This document shows positions 41,008 to 51,035 of a DNA stretch of 64,000 nt, piece by piece (within the stretch, counting starts at the first letter, position 1; each line of letters opens with the position of its first letter). The notes under the pieces were generated by a model. It was given only the letters and a program-made list of their open reading frames with translations, searched no databases and was not told where the DNA came from. A program made the translations under genes and the position numbers. The stretch covers positions 951-64,950 of the forward strand of contig CANQHC010000002.1 of the NCBI GenBank assembly GCA_947623595.1. Direction: 5' to 3'. The stretch comes from an uncultured Clostridia bacterium. GTDB lineage: Bacteria > Bacillota > Clostridia > TANB77 > CAG-508.

Positions 41008-41463
41008 GTGAGAATATCTGATATGATAGAAGAATTTATTAAAGAAATGTTTTCAGAAGAAGAAGATTTTATTGAAATTCAAAGAAATGATTTAGCTGAG
41101 CATTTTAATTGCGTACCATCTCAAATTAATTATGTAATAGCTACTAGGTTTAAACCTGCCCAGGGTTATTATGTAGAAAGTAAAAGAGGTGGCGGAGGTC
41201 ATATTACAATAAAAAAAGTTAATATAACCAAAAGTAATTATCTAATGCATGCAATAAATAGTATTGATAATAAAATAACGTCTCAAGAAGTGGATATTTT
41301 CATCAGTAATTTCCTATCACAAAATATAATTTCTGAAACAGAAGCAAAACTATTAAAAGTTGCTACAAGTGATAATGTACTTACTATTTCACAAGAGGAT
41401 AGAGATTTTTTACGTGCAAATATTTTCAAAAACATGTTAATTAATTTGGTAGAAGATAGATAA
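41008..41463 (+). CDS. ctsR: Transcriptional repressor of class III stress genes CtsR
   Basis: GTG start with RBS AAAAAGGAAG. VRISDMIEEFIKEMF... with the winged-HTH region typical of CtsR. Followed by mcsA-mcsB-clpC. Confidence 0.85.
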   Translation: MRISDMIEEFIKEMFSEEEDFIEIQRNDLAEHFNCVPSQINYVIATRFKPAQGYYVESKRGGGGHITIKKVNITKSNYLMHAINSIDNKITSQEVDIFISNFLSQNIISETEAKLLKVATSDNVLTISQEDRDFLRANIFKNMLINLVEDR

Positions 41464-41489
41464 AAATTATTTTTAGGAGGTTGATATTT

Positions 41490-42074
41490 ATGTTATGTCA
41501 AAATTGTGGAAAAAACGAGGTAAATTTTCATTACACTCAAGTTATTAATGGAGTGAAAAAAGAAATGGCACTTTGTGATAAATGTGCTAAAAGCTTAGGA
41601 TTAGAAACTTTAGATTTTAATATGCCAATTAATTTTTCTAGTTTTCTAGGAGAGTTTTTAGGAGAAACAAGTGATACCGACTTTTTACCAACATTTAGTA
41701 AAAATGGAACATTACAATGCAAAAATTGTGGAATGACTTATGAAGAGTTTATTAATACAGGAAAATTTGGATGTAGTAATTGCTATGATGTTTTTTCAAC
41801 AGGTCTGGACAATGTATTAAAAAATATACATGGATCTGATACTCATATTGGAAGAAGAAGTAGATTAACAGCAAATGAAAAGAAAAAAGTTGCAGAAGAC
41901 ATCAAAAAAGCTAGTGACAACAAGGAAAAGAATGAAAATATGAATAAAGATGAAAATAATAAAGAAAAAATTAGAAAATTAAATGAAGACTTAAAGAAAG
42001 CCATTAAAGAAGAACGTTATGAAGATGCAGCTAAAATAAGAGATGAAATTAAATCTATTAATGAAAATGGTTAA
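41490..42074 (+). CDS. mcsA: McsA-like protein arginine kinase activator (four CxxC motifs plus a UVR domain)
   Basis: CQNCGKN...CDKC...CKNCG...CSNC zinc-finger pairs. A UvrB/C-like motif near the C-terminus (KKAIKEERYEDAAKIRDEIK). AGGAGG lies 9 nt upstream of ATG 41490. Confidence 0.75.
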   Translation: MLCQNCGKNEVNFHYTQVINGVKKEMALCDKCAKSLGLETLDFNMPINFSSFLGEFLGETSDTDFLPTFSKNGTLQCKNCGMTYEEFINTGKFGCSNCYDVFSTGLDNVLKNIHGSDTHIGRRSRLTANEKKKVAEDIKKASDNKEKNENMNKDENNKEKIRKLNEDLKKAIKEERYEDAAKIRDEIKSINENG

Positions 42075-42100
42075 ACTAAAAGTAAAAGGAGGAAATAAAA

Positions 42101-43114
42101 ATGAATTGGTATTTACAAAATGGGAGAGATTCCGATGTTGTAATTAGTTCAAGAGTAAGGATAGCAAGAAATATGGAAGAATATCCATTTATGCCTAAAA
42201 TTTCGAAAGAGCAAGCAAATGAAGTATTAGAAAAAATAAAAGAAATAACACCAAGTATTGGCTATGGGCTAAAGTTTATAAAATTAAATGATATAGATAA
42301 TATTACAAAGGTAAGCTTAGTTGAAAAACATATTATAAGTCCAGAATTTGCTGTAAATAAAAAACAAAATGGAGCTATTTTAATTAATGAAGAAGAAAAT
42401 ATTTGTATGATGATAAATGAAGAAGACCATATACGTTTACAAGTATTTGCATCTGGCTTAGAGCTAGAAAATTTAAAAAATTTAATAATTGAAATAGATG
42501 AAAAGTTAGATAAAATGTTACATTATGCAAGTCATGAAAAATATGGATACTTAACAGCATGCCCAACAAATGTAGGAACTGCAATGCGTGCTTCTGTTAT
42601 GGTACATTTACCAGCATTGACTATGACAGGGAATATTAACAAAATTTTAAATATTGTAAATGGATTTGGAATGAATATTCGTGGAATCTATGGAGAAGGA
42701 ACACAAAGTCAGGGTGATATTTATCAAATATCAAACAATCAAACACTTGGCTTAACTGAAAATGATATTGTAAAAAGTATTAATACAATAACAGAAAAAG
42801 TAATTGAACAGGAGAGAATGGCTAGAAAATTTTTAGCTAAGAATTCAATTGATTTAGAAGATAGAGTTTATCGTGCATATGGTACTTTAGCTTATGCAAC
42901 GAAGCTTTCATCTGATGAATGTCAAAAGTTACTTTCATATGTAAAATTAGGAACTGATTTAGGAATTATAAAGGAATTAACAGATAGCAAAGTAACAAGC
43001 CTATATTTGTATACACAGCCTGCAAACCTTCAAAAGTACGTTGGAAAGCCTTTGGATGGATATGAAAGGGATATAAAAAGACCTGAAATTGTAAAACAGA
43101 TTATTAAAAAATAG
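42101..43114 (+). CDS. mcsB: Protein arginine kinase McsB (ATP:guanido phosphotransferase)
   Basis: Phosphagen-kinase signature CPTNVGTAMRASV. 337 aa. RBS AAAGGAGG. Confidence 0.88.
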   Translation: MNWYLQNGRDSDVVISSRVRIARNMEEYPFMPKISKEQANEVLEKIKEITPSIGYGLKFIKLNDIDNITKVSLVEKHIISPEFAVNKKQNGAILINEEENICMMINEEDHIRLQVFASGLELENLKNLIIEIDEKLDKMLHYASHEKYGYLTACPTNVGTAMRASVMVHLPALTMTGNINKILNIVNGFGMNIRGIYGEGTQSQGDIYQISNNQTLGLTENDIVKSINTITEKVIEQERMARKFLAKNSIDLEDRVYRAYGTLAYATKLSSDECQKLLSYVKLGTDLGIIKELTDSKVTSLYLYTQPANLQKYVGKPLDGYERDIKRPEIVKQIIKK

Positions 43115-43216
43115 AATAAAGATGATAATAGAAAGATCTTCCAACTTAAGGAAGAAATGTGTATATTTTGGTTTGCAATCATAAAACTGAAAAATTAAAG
43201 AAAGGAAAATAAAAAA

Positions 43217-45670
43217 ATGATGTATAAGTTTACAAATCGTGCACAAGAGGCATTAGAATTTGCAAGTGAATTAGCTGTAGCGTTTGGACACAATTATATT
43301 GGAACAGAGCATATTCTTTATGGATTAGTAAAAGAAGATAGTGGTGTTGCAAGTCAAGTGCTTGCAATGCAAGATATTACACCAGAAAAAATTGTTGAAG
43401 AAATAGAAAGTTTAATTGGAAGAGGAGAAGAAATTAGTGATGAATCTAGTGTTGGATTTACTCCTAGAAGTAAAAGAGTAATTGAAAATGCATTTATGGA
43501 AGCGAAAAAACTAGGTTCTGAGTTTATAGGAACAGAACATTTATTAATTGGAATTATGAAGGAAGGAGATAGTGTAGCAGTTCGTATTATGATGGACTTA
43601 CATGTGGACCCTCAAAAATTATATAATGAAATTATTAAAGTAATTAATGAGGATGAAAGTGCAAGTTCAGTTGAAAAACAGCCAAATAGCAAGAAAAAAG
43701 GAAGTTACAATCAAACTCCTACATTAAATCAATTTGGTACAGATTTAACTAAAAAAGCAATAGAAGGAAAATTAGATCCAGTAATAGGTAGAAAAGATGA
43801 AATTGAAAGAGTAATACAAATTTTATCAAGAAGAACCAAAAATAATCCATGCTTAATTGGAGAGCCAGGTGTTGGAAAAACGGCAGTAGTAGAAGGTTTA
43901 TCGGAAAAAATAATTGCAGAAGATGTTCCTCAAATGTTGAAAAACAAAAGAGTTGTTAGTTTAGATATTGCAAGCATGGTTGCAGGAGCAAAGTATAGAG
44001 GTGATTTTGAAGAGAGAATAAAAAAATGCTTAGAAGAGGTAAAAAAAGCTGGAGATGTTATTCTATTTATTGATGAAGTTCATACTATTGTAGGTGCAGG
44101 TTCAGCAGAAGGTGCTGTTGATGCAGCAAATATTTTAAAGCCTCTTTTAGCAAGAGGAGAAGTACAACTTATTGGAGCTACTACATTGAATGAATATCGT
44201 AAATATATAGAAAAAGATAGTGCTTTGGAAAGACGTTTTAGCCCAGTAACAGTAGGAGAGCCTTCAACAGAAGAAACCATAGCAATATTGCAGGGAATTC
44301 GTGATAAATATGAAGCTCATCACAATGTGAAAATTACAGATGAAGCAATCAAATCAGCAGTAGAGCTTTCTACAAGATATATTAATGATAGATTTTTACC
44401 AGACAAAGCTATTGATTTAGTAGATGAAGCAGCTTCAAGAGTAAAAATGAAAGTGTATACACAACCAGAATCTTTGAAAAAACTAGAGGACAAAATCACT
44501 TTGTTAGATAAAGAAAAAGAAGAAGCCATCCGTATGCAAGATTTTGAAAAAGCTGCAAGTATTAGAGATAAAGAAAAAGAAACAAGGGAAAAATTACAAA
44601 AAGAAAAAGAAAAATGGGAAAATAAAAATACTAAAAGTGTTACAACATTGACCAAAGAAGATATTGCAGATGTAGTTTCAAGTTGGACAGGCATTCCAGT
44701 TCAAAAATTAACTCAAAGTGAGAATGAAAAGTTAAAAAAACTAGAAACAACTTTGCATCAAAGAGTTATAGGACAAAACGAAGCGGTAGAAGCAGTTGCA
44801 AAAGCAATTAGAAGAGGAAGAGTAGGTTTAAAAGATCCAAATCGTCCAATTGGTTCATTCTTATTTTTAGGACCTACAGGTGTTGGAAAAACTGAATTAT
44901 CTAAAGCATTAGCAGAAAGCCTATTTGGAAATGAAGATGCTTTAATTCGTATTGATATGTCAGAATATATGGAACCACATTCTGTATCTAAATTAATTGG
45001 TTCACCTCCAGGATATGTTGGATTTGATGAAGGAGGTCAATTAACTGAAAAAATTAGAAGAAAACCATATTCTGTTATTTTATTAGATGAAATTGAAAAA
45101 GCTCATCCTGATGTTATGAATATGTTACTTCAAATTTTAGATGATGGAAGATTAACAGACAGCCAAGGAAGAACTGTTGATTTTAAAAATACTGTTATTA
45201 TAATGACTTCAAATGTTGGTGCTAGAATGATTACAGATAAAAATACTTTAGGTTTTACCGTTTCTACCGGAAAACCTGAAGAAACTCAGAAAGAATATGA
45301 GAACATTAAAAAAGATGTAATGGGAGAATTAAAAAAGCAATTTAGACCAGAGTTTTTGAATCGTATTGATGAAATCATAGTATTCCATAAGTTGACTCAG
45401 GAGGATGTAAATCAAATTATCGATATTATGTTAAGGCAGGTACAAAAACGATTAGAAGAGCAAAATATTAATATAGAAATTGATGATAGTGTTAAACAAC
45501 TTATTTCTAAAAAAGGAATTGATACTAATTATGGTGCTAGACCATTAAAAAGAGCAATTCAAAATATATTAGAGGATAAAATAGCAGAAGAAATTTTAGA
45601 TGGTAATATAAAAGCAAATAAAAAAGTCAAGCTAATAGCAGAAGAAGAAAAGATAGTAGTTTCAAAATAA
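43217..45670 (+). CDS. clpC: ATP-dependent Clp protease ATP-binding subunit ClpC
   Basis: Two Clp N repeats and two AAA+ modules (GEPGVGKT / GPTGVGKT). UVR linker. 817 aa. Confidence 0.93.
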   Translation: MMYKFTNRAQEALEFASELAVAFGHNYIGTEHILYGLVKEDSGVASQVLAMQDITPEKIVEEIESLIGRGEEISDESSVGFTPRSKRVIENAFMEAKKLGSEFIGTEHLLIGIMKEGDSVAVRIMMDLHVDPQKLYNEIIKVINEDESASSVEKQPNSKKKGSYNQTPTLNQFGTDLTKKAIEGKLDPVIGRKDEIERVIQILSRRTKNNPCLIGEPGVGKTAVVEGLSEKIIAEDVPQMLKNKRVVSLDIASMVAGAKYRGDFEERIKKCLEEVKKAGDVILFIDEVHTIVGAGSAEGAVDAANILKPLLARGEVQLIGATTLNEYRKYIEKDSALERRFSPVTVGEPSTEETIAILQGIRDKYEAHHNVKITDEAIKSAVELSTRYINDRFLPDKAIDLVDEAASRVKMKVYTQPESLKKLEDKITLLDKEKEEAIRMQDFEKAASIRDKEKETREKLQKEKEKWENKNTKSVTTLTKEDIADVVSSWTGIPVQKLTQSENEKLKKLETTLHQRVIGQNEAVEAVAKAIRRGRVGLKDPNRPIGSFLFLGPTGVGKTELSKALAESLFGNEDALIRIDMSEYMEPHSVSKLIGSPPGYVGFDEGGQLTEKIRRKPYSVILLDEIEKAHPDVMNMLLQILDDGRLTDSQGRTVDFKNTVIIMTSNVGARMITDKNTLGFTVSTGKPEETQKEYENIKKDVMGELKKQFRPEFLNRIDEIIVFHKLTQEDVNQIIDIMLRQVQKRLEEQNINIEIDDSVKQLISKKGIDTNYGARPLKRAIQNILEDKIAEEILDGNIKANKKVKLIAEEEKIVVSK

Positions 45671-45707
45671 AGTTTGAAAGATGGTAAAAGAATAATAATA
45701 TAAGAAA

Positions 45708-45752
45708 TAACCCCTCCTTGTTAAACTTTTTTGTCTAACGAAGAGGGGTTAC
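45708..45752. terminator. Bidirectional terminator between clpC (+) and the CDF gene (-)
   Basis: TAACCCCTC...GAGGGGTTA 9-bp GC-rich stem with a long loop. Confidence 0.45.
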
Positions 45753-45792
45753 TTCATATTAGCTCTTTTTTTTACAAAGTAGAGTATAAGAA

Positions 45793-46654
45793 TTAAATTA
45801 AAGGGTTAACATGAACTACTGCTTTATAAATTTTTTCTAATCCAGAAACATCTTTTTCTAAATTATCTGCCAAACGATGGCTTTCAAATGTAGACATATT
45901 GCCATTTACGTAGATTACTAAAAAAACTAAGTATTGATGTCCAACAGGTGTTGAATAAATTGGATCAACTTTTTCTATTTCTTTATAATTATTGGCTAAA
46001 TCAAAAATAAGGTCTTTAGTATTTTCATCAATGGAAATATCCATTAATACATTATAGCTTTCAATAAAAATTTTACAACCAGTTAGACAAATCCAGATTG
46101 AAATCCCAATTCCAACAACTCCATCAAACCAATAAATATTAGCTAGAGTAAGTAGAATTGATGCTAAAGTAAAGCTAGTAACAACGCAATCATTACGATG
46201 ATCTTTCATATTTGCTTCAATTAAAATACTATCATATTTTTTATAAAGCTTATGTGTATATAAATACAGAGCAAATTTTGTAATTATTGTAATTATACAA
46301 ACTATAATTAAAAGCCAAGAAAATGTTAATTGACTACCATAAACTAAAGTATAAATAGAATCATATAATAACTTTAGAGAAATTAGAACCATAGAAATAG
46401 CAATTAACATAGAAAATATATATTCAGCTTTTCCATGACCAAAATTATGGCTATTATCTTGAGGTTCACTTGCAATTTTGTTACCAATGAAAGTCATCAA
46501 AGAAGCAAAAATATCGCTAGCACTGTTGGCACTATCAGCAATCATTGATTGACTTTTAAAAACAAAACCGAGAGGTGGCCTTTATGGCAAGTAAAAACAT
46601 ATTTCCTATCATTCCGAGCAAACCTGCTATTTTAGTTTCTTTGAAACGATCCAT
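45793..46654 (-). pseudogene. Cation diffusion facilitator (CDF) family transporter carrying a +1 frameshift near its 5' end
   Basis: The main ORF (45793-46545) begins within TM2 (MIADSANSASD...HNFGHGKAE). An upstream 33-codon ORF (ATG 46654 to stop 46556) encodes TM1 (MDRFKETKIAGLLGMIGNMFLLAIKAT). Deleting one base near plus 46570 (minus-strand context TCTCGG) fuses them into a full-length CDF protein. Confidence 0.6.
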
Positions 46655-46739
46655 AAAATAAAAAACTCCTTTAAAACATTATATTTCATTATAACATAAT
46701 AGTAGATAAAATAAATATAAAATATGAAAAAAAATATAG

Positions 46740-46768
46740 TTGCACAAAAAAAATAATAATGTTATAAT
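46740..46768 (+). promoter_or_regulatory. Sigma-A-type promoter (TTGCAC-17-TATAAT)
   Basis: TTGCAC 46740-46745, a 17-nt spacer, TATAAT 46763-46768. It sits upstream of the 46795 gene. Confidence 0.5.
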
Positions 46769-46794
46769 GAGACCGTGTAAAGGGGAGTATGTAA

Positions 46795-47145
46795 ATGGAA
46801 CTCATGGCAATAGTGTATTTACTTATTTTTATAATATTTGCCTTAGTTGCAATATCGGTTTTACAAATTAGAATGGCAGGAATAAAAATAAAAGATTTTG
46901 TAGGCTTTATTCAAGCAAATGAAATGTTAAATAAATTATATCAATTTTCGAAAAAATATAAAATGATGTCACCTCAAGAGCAAGTAGTTTTTCTAGCAGA
47001 AGCTGAAAAAGTTTTTGAAGCATATGATAAAATTCCAACAATTGTTTGGGAAGAAGAATATCGTAAATATTCAGAGGTATTACAAACATATCAAAACATT
47101 AAAGTGATGAGATGGACTGAAGAAAAAGAAGATAATAAAGTATAA
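46795..47145 (+). CDS. Small hypothetical membrane-anchored protein
   Basis: 116 aa with an N-terminal TM helix. RBS AAAGGGGAG. Confidence 0.35.
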   Translation: MELMAIVYLLIFIIFALVAISVLQIRMAGIKIKDFVGFIQANEMLNKLYQFSKKYKMMSPQEQVVFLAEAEKVFEAYDKIPTIVWEEEYRKYSEVLQTYQNIKVMRWTEEKEDNKV

Positions 47146-47375
47146 ATAAGAAACTTGTTAGCTGAAGAATATAAAAAAGTTTTCTACTTTTTATAAATAC
47201 TTCATAATAACAGTTTCTTTTTTTGACAAAACGAAAAGAAAGTATATATAAATTTGATTAATCTAATTTTGTTTTTTATGTATAAATTGTGAAATAAGAT
47301 GCATATACTATTAAAAAATATAAAATTTTAGAAAGGGAATAGAAATATCTTGGTAGATATTATCTAATATAAAAA

Positions 47376-48518
47376 ATGAAAGTTAGATATTTTGATCATG
47401 CAGCTACTACACCAGTAAGTAGTACTGTATTAGAAGAAATGTTGCCATATTTTCAATTACAATACGGAAATGCCTCTTCTATGTATAGTATAGGAAGACA
47501 GGCAAAAAAAGCTTTAGAAAAATCAAGAAGGATGGTCTCAAATAGCATAGGAGCAAAACCTAAAGAAATTTATTTTACATCATGTGGAAGCGAAAGTGAT
47601 AATTTGGCAATCAAGGGAATAGCATATGCTAATATGGAAAAAGGAAATCACATTATTACAAGTAAGATAGAACATCCAGCAGTTTTAAATACATGTAAAA
47701 CACTAGAAAAAAATGGATTTGAAGTAACATACTTAAATGTAGATAAAAATGGACTAGTAGATATAAATCAATTAATAAATTCAATTAGACCTTCTACTAT
47801 ATTAATTTCAGTAATGTTTGCTAACAATGAAATCGGTACAATACAACCGATTGAAATGATAGGAAAAATTGCAAAAGAGCATAATATATTATTTCATACA
47901 GATGGAGTTCAGGCAATTGGAAATGTTAGAATAGATGTAGAAAAACTTAATATTGATAGCTTATCAATGTCAGGACATAAATTTTATGGACCAAAAGGAG
48001 TTGGAGCTCTTTATATAAAAGAAGGAATTAAATTTAAAAAAATACAAGATGGTGGGCATCAAGAAAATGATATGAGAGCTGGAACAGAAAATGTTGCAGG
48101 AATTGTTGGTTTAGGAAAAGCAATTGAAGAAATATATGAAAAATATGAAAAATATAATAAAAAGTTAATTTCCTTAAGAGAATTGTATATAAAAAAGATA
48201 GAAGAAAGTAATTTAGAAGCAAAATTGAATGGAGACAGAGATAAGAGACTACCTGGAAATGCAAACTTTTCTTTCAGAGGAGTAAATGCACAAGAATTAC
48301 TTTTAGCATTGGATGAAAAAGGAATTTGTGCTTCAGCAGGTTCAGCATGTAGTACTGGAAATCCAACTCCATCACATGTGCTAATTGCTATAGGGTTAGA
48401 ACCGAACTTAGCAAATGGAACTTTACGTGTAACATTTGGAGAGAATAATACTAATGAAGATGTAGAATTTTTAGTGGATAATTTATGTGAAATTATTCCA
48501 AAAATACAAAAAAAATAA
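47376..48518 (+). CDS. nifS: Cysteine desulfurase (NifS/IscS, class V aminotransferase)
   Basis: MKVRYFDHAATTPV... PLP-lysine context SMSGHKFYGPKGVGALY. Active-site Cys region SAGSACS. 380 aa. Confidence 0.85.
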   Translation: MKVRYFDHAATTPVSSTVLEEMLPYFQLQYGNASSMYSIGRQAKKALEKSRRMVSNSIGAKPKEIYFTSCGSESDNLAIKGIAYANMEKGNHIITSKIEHPAVLNTCKTLEKNGFEVTYLNVDKNGLVDINQLINSIRPSTILISVMFANNEIGTIQPIEMIGKIAKEHNILFHTDGVQAIGNVRIDVEKLNIDSLSMSGHKFYGPKGVGALYIKEGIKFKKIQDGGHQENDMRAGTENVAGIVGLGKAIEEIYEKYEKYNKKLISLRELYIKKIEESNLEAKLNGDRDKRLPGNANFSFRGVNAQELLLALDEKGICASAGSACSTGNPTPSHVLIAIGLEPNLANGTLRVTFGENNTNEDVEFLVDNLCEIIPKIQKK

Positions 48519-48520
48519 TA

Positions 48521-48548
48521 AAATACACTAGTTTTTACTAGTGTATTT
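48521..48548. terminator. Bidirectional terminator between nifS (+) and the XRE gene (-)
   Basis: Perfect 12-bp stem AAATACACTAGT-tttt-ACTAGTGTATTT, A/T-rich on both sides. Confidence 0.6.
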
Positions 48549-48592
48549 TGATATAATAAGTAAAACTGATTAGTTAAATTGTACAATTAGAT

Positions 48593-48808
48593 TTACTTAT
48601 CTTTTTCATCAGGAATATATTCTAATAAATCAGAAATCTCACAATTAAATGCACTACAAATATTATTTAATTGAAGAATGTCCACTCTCTTTGTTTCTTC
48701 ATAATACATTTTTGAAATTGTAGCAGGTCTAATATGAGTTATGTCTGCTAATGCTTTCTGAGTCATCTTATGTTTGCCAAGTAAATCAGATAATTTTATT
48801 TTTATCAT
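48593..48808 (-). CDS. XRE-family helix-turn-helix transcriptional regulator
   Basis: 71 aa, MIKIKLSDLLGKHKMTQKALADITHIRPATISKM, an HTH_XRE domain. GAAAGG lies 10 nt upstream of ATG 48808. Confidence 0.7.
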   Translation of the reverse strand: MIKIKLSDLLGKHKMTQKALADITHIRPATISKMYYEETKRVDILQLNNICSAFNCEISDLLEYIPDEKDK

Positions 48809-48969
48809 GCAATTCAACCTTTCTATTAAGATTTTTTGATGAATTTTGTCGTTTTTTGTCTTATGCTTGTATTTTACCATGAGATATATTAAAATTACAT
48901 ATCAGTAACTAAACATAACGTCAGAAGTAATAAAAAAGTACATAAAAGTAATTAAAATAAGGGGGATAT

Positions 48970-49188
48970 ATGGTATTCAAAAGAAAAAAGATTGTTGTGA
49001 AAGAAGAGTTATATTGGAAGGAAAAAAACAAAGAATATTTAAAGCAATTACAAAAATTTTTAGATGTTGCAAACAATATTGAAAATGAAGAATTAAAAAA
49101 CAATGTAATTATTCAAATGTTAAAATGTGACAAAATTTTAACTAATTTAGCAATTAAAGAAATAAGAAAGTATAAAGCTGATGAATAA
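48970..49188 (+). CDS. Small hypothetical protein (72 aa), divergent from the XRE regulator
   Basis: Strong RBS AAGGGGG 6 nt upstream of ATG. I recognised no family. Confidence 0.35.
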   Translation: MVFKRKKIVVKEELYWKEKNKEYLKQLQKFLDVANNIENEELKNNVIIQMLKCDKILTNLAIKEIRKYKADE

Positions 49189-49233
49189 TAATTTAATTTA
49201 AGTATATACTAATTACAAAAACGAAGAGGCATT

Positions 49234-49579
49234 ATGTGGAAAAAAATATTAGTAGGTCTTTTTGCAGGGGTAATTAGTGGTTTATTTACAGCAGGTGGAG
49301 GGCTTATTTTAGTACCAGCATTTTTATATGTACTTAAAATGGAACCTAAGAAGGCAAGGGCAACATCTATTTTTTGTATTTTACCAATGGTTATTGTAAC
49401 AGCTATTTTTTATGGAAAAAATAGTCTTATTGAATGGAAAATTGGTATATTATGTGCAATAGGAGGAATTGCTCGGAGGTATATTAGGTGCAAAATTACT
49501 TAATAAATTACCAGAGCAATATTTAAAAATTGCCTTTACTGGATTTTTAATTTATGCAGGAATTAATATGTTATTGTGA
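49234..49579 (+). pseudogene. Half-size TSUP (TauE/SafE, DUF81) membrane transporter gene with a +1 frameshift
   Basis: The 49234 frame encodes ...IGILCAIGGIA then shifts. The adjacent frame continues LGGILGAKLLNKLPEQYLKIAFTGFLIYAGINMLL* (stop 49577-49579). Removing one base within GCTCGG (49471-49476) restores a 114-aa four-TM half-TSUP. Confidence 0.5.
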
Positions 49580-49608
49580 AGGTTATAAATAAATGGGAAA
49601 GTGAAAAG

Positions 49609-49999
49609 ATGATAAAAATACTAATTGGTTTTATTTCAGGAATTGTTAGTCGGAATGGGAATGGGAGGAGGAACAATATTAATTCTCCTCCTATCTATTT
49701 TCTTAAAATTCGATCAGCATATAGCACAAGCTACTAATCTTATATTTTTTATTCCAACAGCAGTAGCATCTATAATTACAAATCTAAAAAATAAAAATAT
49801 CCTATGGAAAGAAGCAATTCCAATTATTATTATGGGAATATTAGGAGCTAGTTTTAGTGCACAATTAAGTAGCAAAATGAATGTAAATTTATTAAGAAAG
49901 TTATTTGGAATATTTTTAATATTAATAGCAATTTATGAAATATATTCCTTATATAAGATGTATATAAATAAAAAGATAAGACATAATAGTAATAGATGA
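49609..49999 (+). pseudogene. Second half-size TSUP (TauE/SafE) gene with a +1 frameshift
   Basis: ATG 49609 encodes MIKILIGFISGIVS, then the frame shifts to ...GMGMGGGTILILLLSIF... (track ORF 49625-49999). Removing one base within AGTCGG (49648-49653) restores a continuous four-TM protein. Confidence 0.5.
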
Positions 50000-50022
50000 A
50001 AATTGGTAAAGGAGGCATAAAA

Positions 50023-50166
50023 ATGAGATTTATAAAAGGTATGTTAATTGGAGGAATGGTAACAGCCGGAATTGCAATGATGTATTCAGAAACAATGGGT
50101 CAAAGCAAAAGAAAGATGATGAGAAAAGGTAAACAGCTTGCTAAAAGAATGGGAGTAATGAAATAA
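50023..50166 (+). CDS. Small membrane protein (47 aa)
   Basis: Excellent RBS AAAGGAGG 7 nt upstream. MRFIKGMLIGGMVTAGIAMMY... one TM helix plus a basic tail. Followed by a terminator. Confidence 0.45.
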   Translation: MRFIKGMLIGGMVTAGIAMMYSETMGQSKRKMMRKGKQLAKRMGVMK

Positions 50167-50220
50167 TTAAAACTAAAATTTGATTCAAACATTAATAATG
50201 TTTAGATAGTAAAAATAAGA

Positions 50221-50246
50221 AAGCACGAAAAAAATCGTGCTTTTTG
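50221..50246. terminator. Bidirectional terminator
   Basis: AAGCACGA-aaaaaa-TCGTGCTT hairpin followed by TTTT. Confidence 0.6.
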
Positions 50247-50261
50247 CAATTTAATATAAAA

Positions 50262-50882
50262 TTAATTCTTATATGGTTTATTGCAAGGCTTATCATAAGG
50301 ACCGTCACATGGCTTATTGCAAGGCTTATCATAAGAACCGTCACATGGTTTATTGCAAGGCTTATCATAAGAACCATCACATGGTTTATTACATGGCTTA
50401 TCATAGTTATCGCAAGGTTTATTGCAAGGTTTGTCATATGAATCATCACATAATTTTTTACAAGGACTATCAGGAACTATTATTCCGCCATTTTTACATT
50501 CAATTTCAACACCTTTTAAACATTTTCCATCATGTTTACAAGAAGTGCATACTTTACAATGTTTTACTTTATCAACCCACACTTCGATTTCATATAAACG
50601 GTTTGCACAAAGAGGTCCAAAAACAAACTCGCCATCTTTATCAGTAAAAGTATGAGAAACAGGTCTTCTTTCTTCTTTATCACACTCACATACAACTTCT
50701 ACTAATTTTACAACAGCATCACAAACAGGATCTTGATAACAGTCTTTTATAATACCATAAATAACAGCTCTATTATCTTCTGGTAAAGTAATTTCAATAT
50801 CATATTGCTTACCAGTAGCAATTGCCCCATCCACTTTTAGAACTGGGCATACACATTTTTCATATTCCATAATATTTTTCAT
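50262..50882 (-). CDS. Cysteine-rich protein with C-terminal tandem DKPCNKPCDGSY repeats and an N-terminal prealbumin/carboxypeptidase-regulatory-like domain; spore coat or exosporium protein candidate
   Basis: RBS AAAGGAAAGGA before ATG 50882 (MKNIMEYEKCVCP...). About 30 Cys. The C-terminus holds five tandem repeats of about 12 aa encoded by 36-bp DNA repeats. The track's 50921 TTG start is less likely. Confidence 0.6.
   Translation of the reverse strand: MKNIMEYEKCVCPVLKVDGAIATGKQYDIEITLPEDNRAVIYGIIKDCYQDPVCDAVVKLVEVVCECDKEERRPVSHTFTDKDGEFVFGPLCANRLYEIEVWVDKVKHCKVCTSCKHDGKCLKGVEIECKNGGIIVPDSPCKKLCDDSYDKPCNKPCDNYDKPCNKPCDGSYDKPCNKPCDGSYDKPCNKPCDGPYDKPCNKPYKN
50277..50451. repeat. Five tandem 36-bp (33-36 bp) direct repeats inside the cysteine-rich gene
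   Basis: Units TTTATTGCAAGGCTTATCATAAGRACCRTCACATGG are repeated head-to-tail. They encode D-K-P-C-N-K-P-C-D-G-S/P-Y on the minus strand. Confidence 0.85.
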
Positions 50883-51035
50883 TCCTTTCCTTTTTTTATA
50901 TACTATGTTGTAAAAAGACAAAAAGTGACAAAAAATGCAATTAGGAAATTAAAGAAAAAAATAAAAAATATGGTAAAATAAAAATAGCTGAAGTATAATA
51001 TGATAGATAAAAATAGGAAGAGGAGAAAGTTTTTT

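Noticed and set aside
50192-50655. Four ORFs on both strands (50192-50449 -, 50244-50441 +, 50273-50647 +, 50422-50655 +) and a possible CRISPR-like array
   Set aside because: They arise from the 36-bp tandem repeats inside the cysteine-rich gene. The repeats are contiguous with no unique spacers, so this is not CRISPR. The frame encoding the DKPCNKPC repeats fused to the N-terminal domain is the coherent one.
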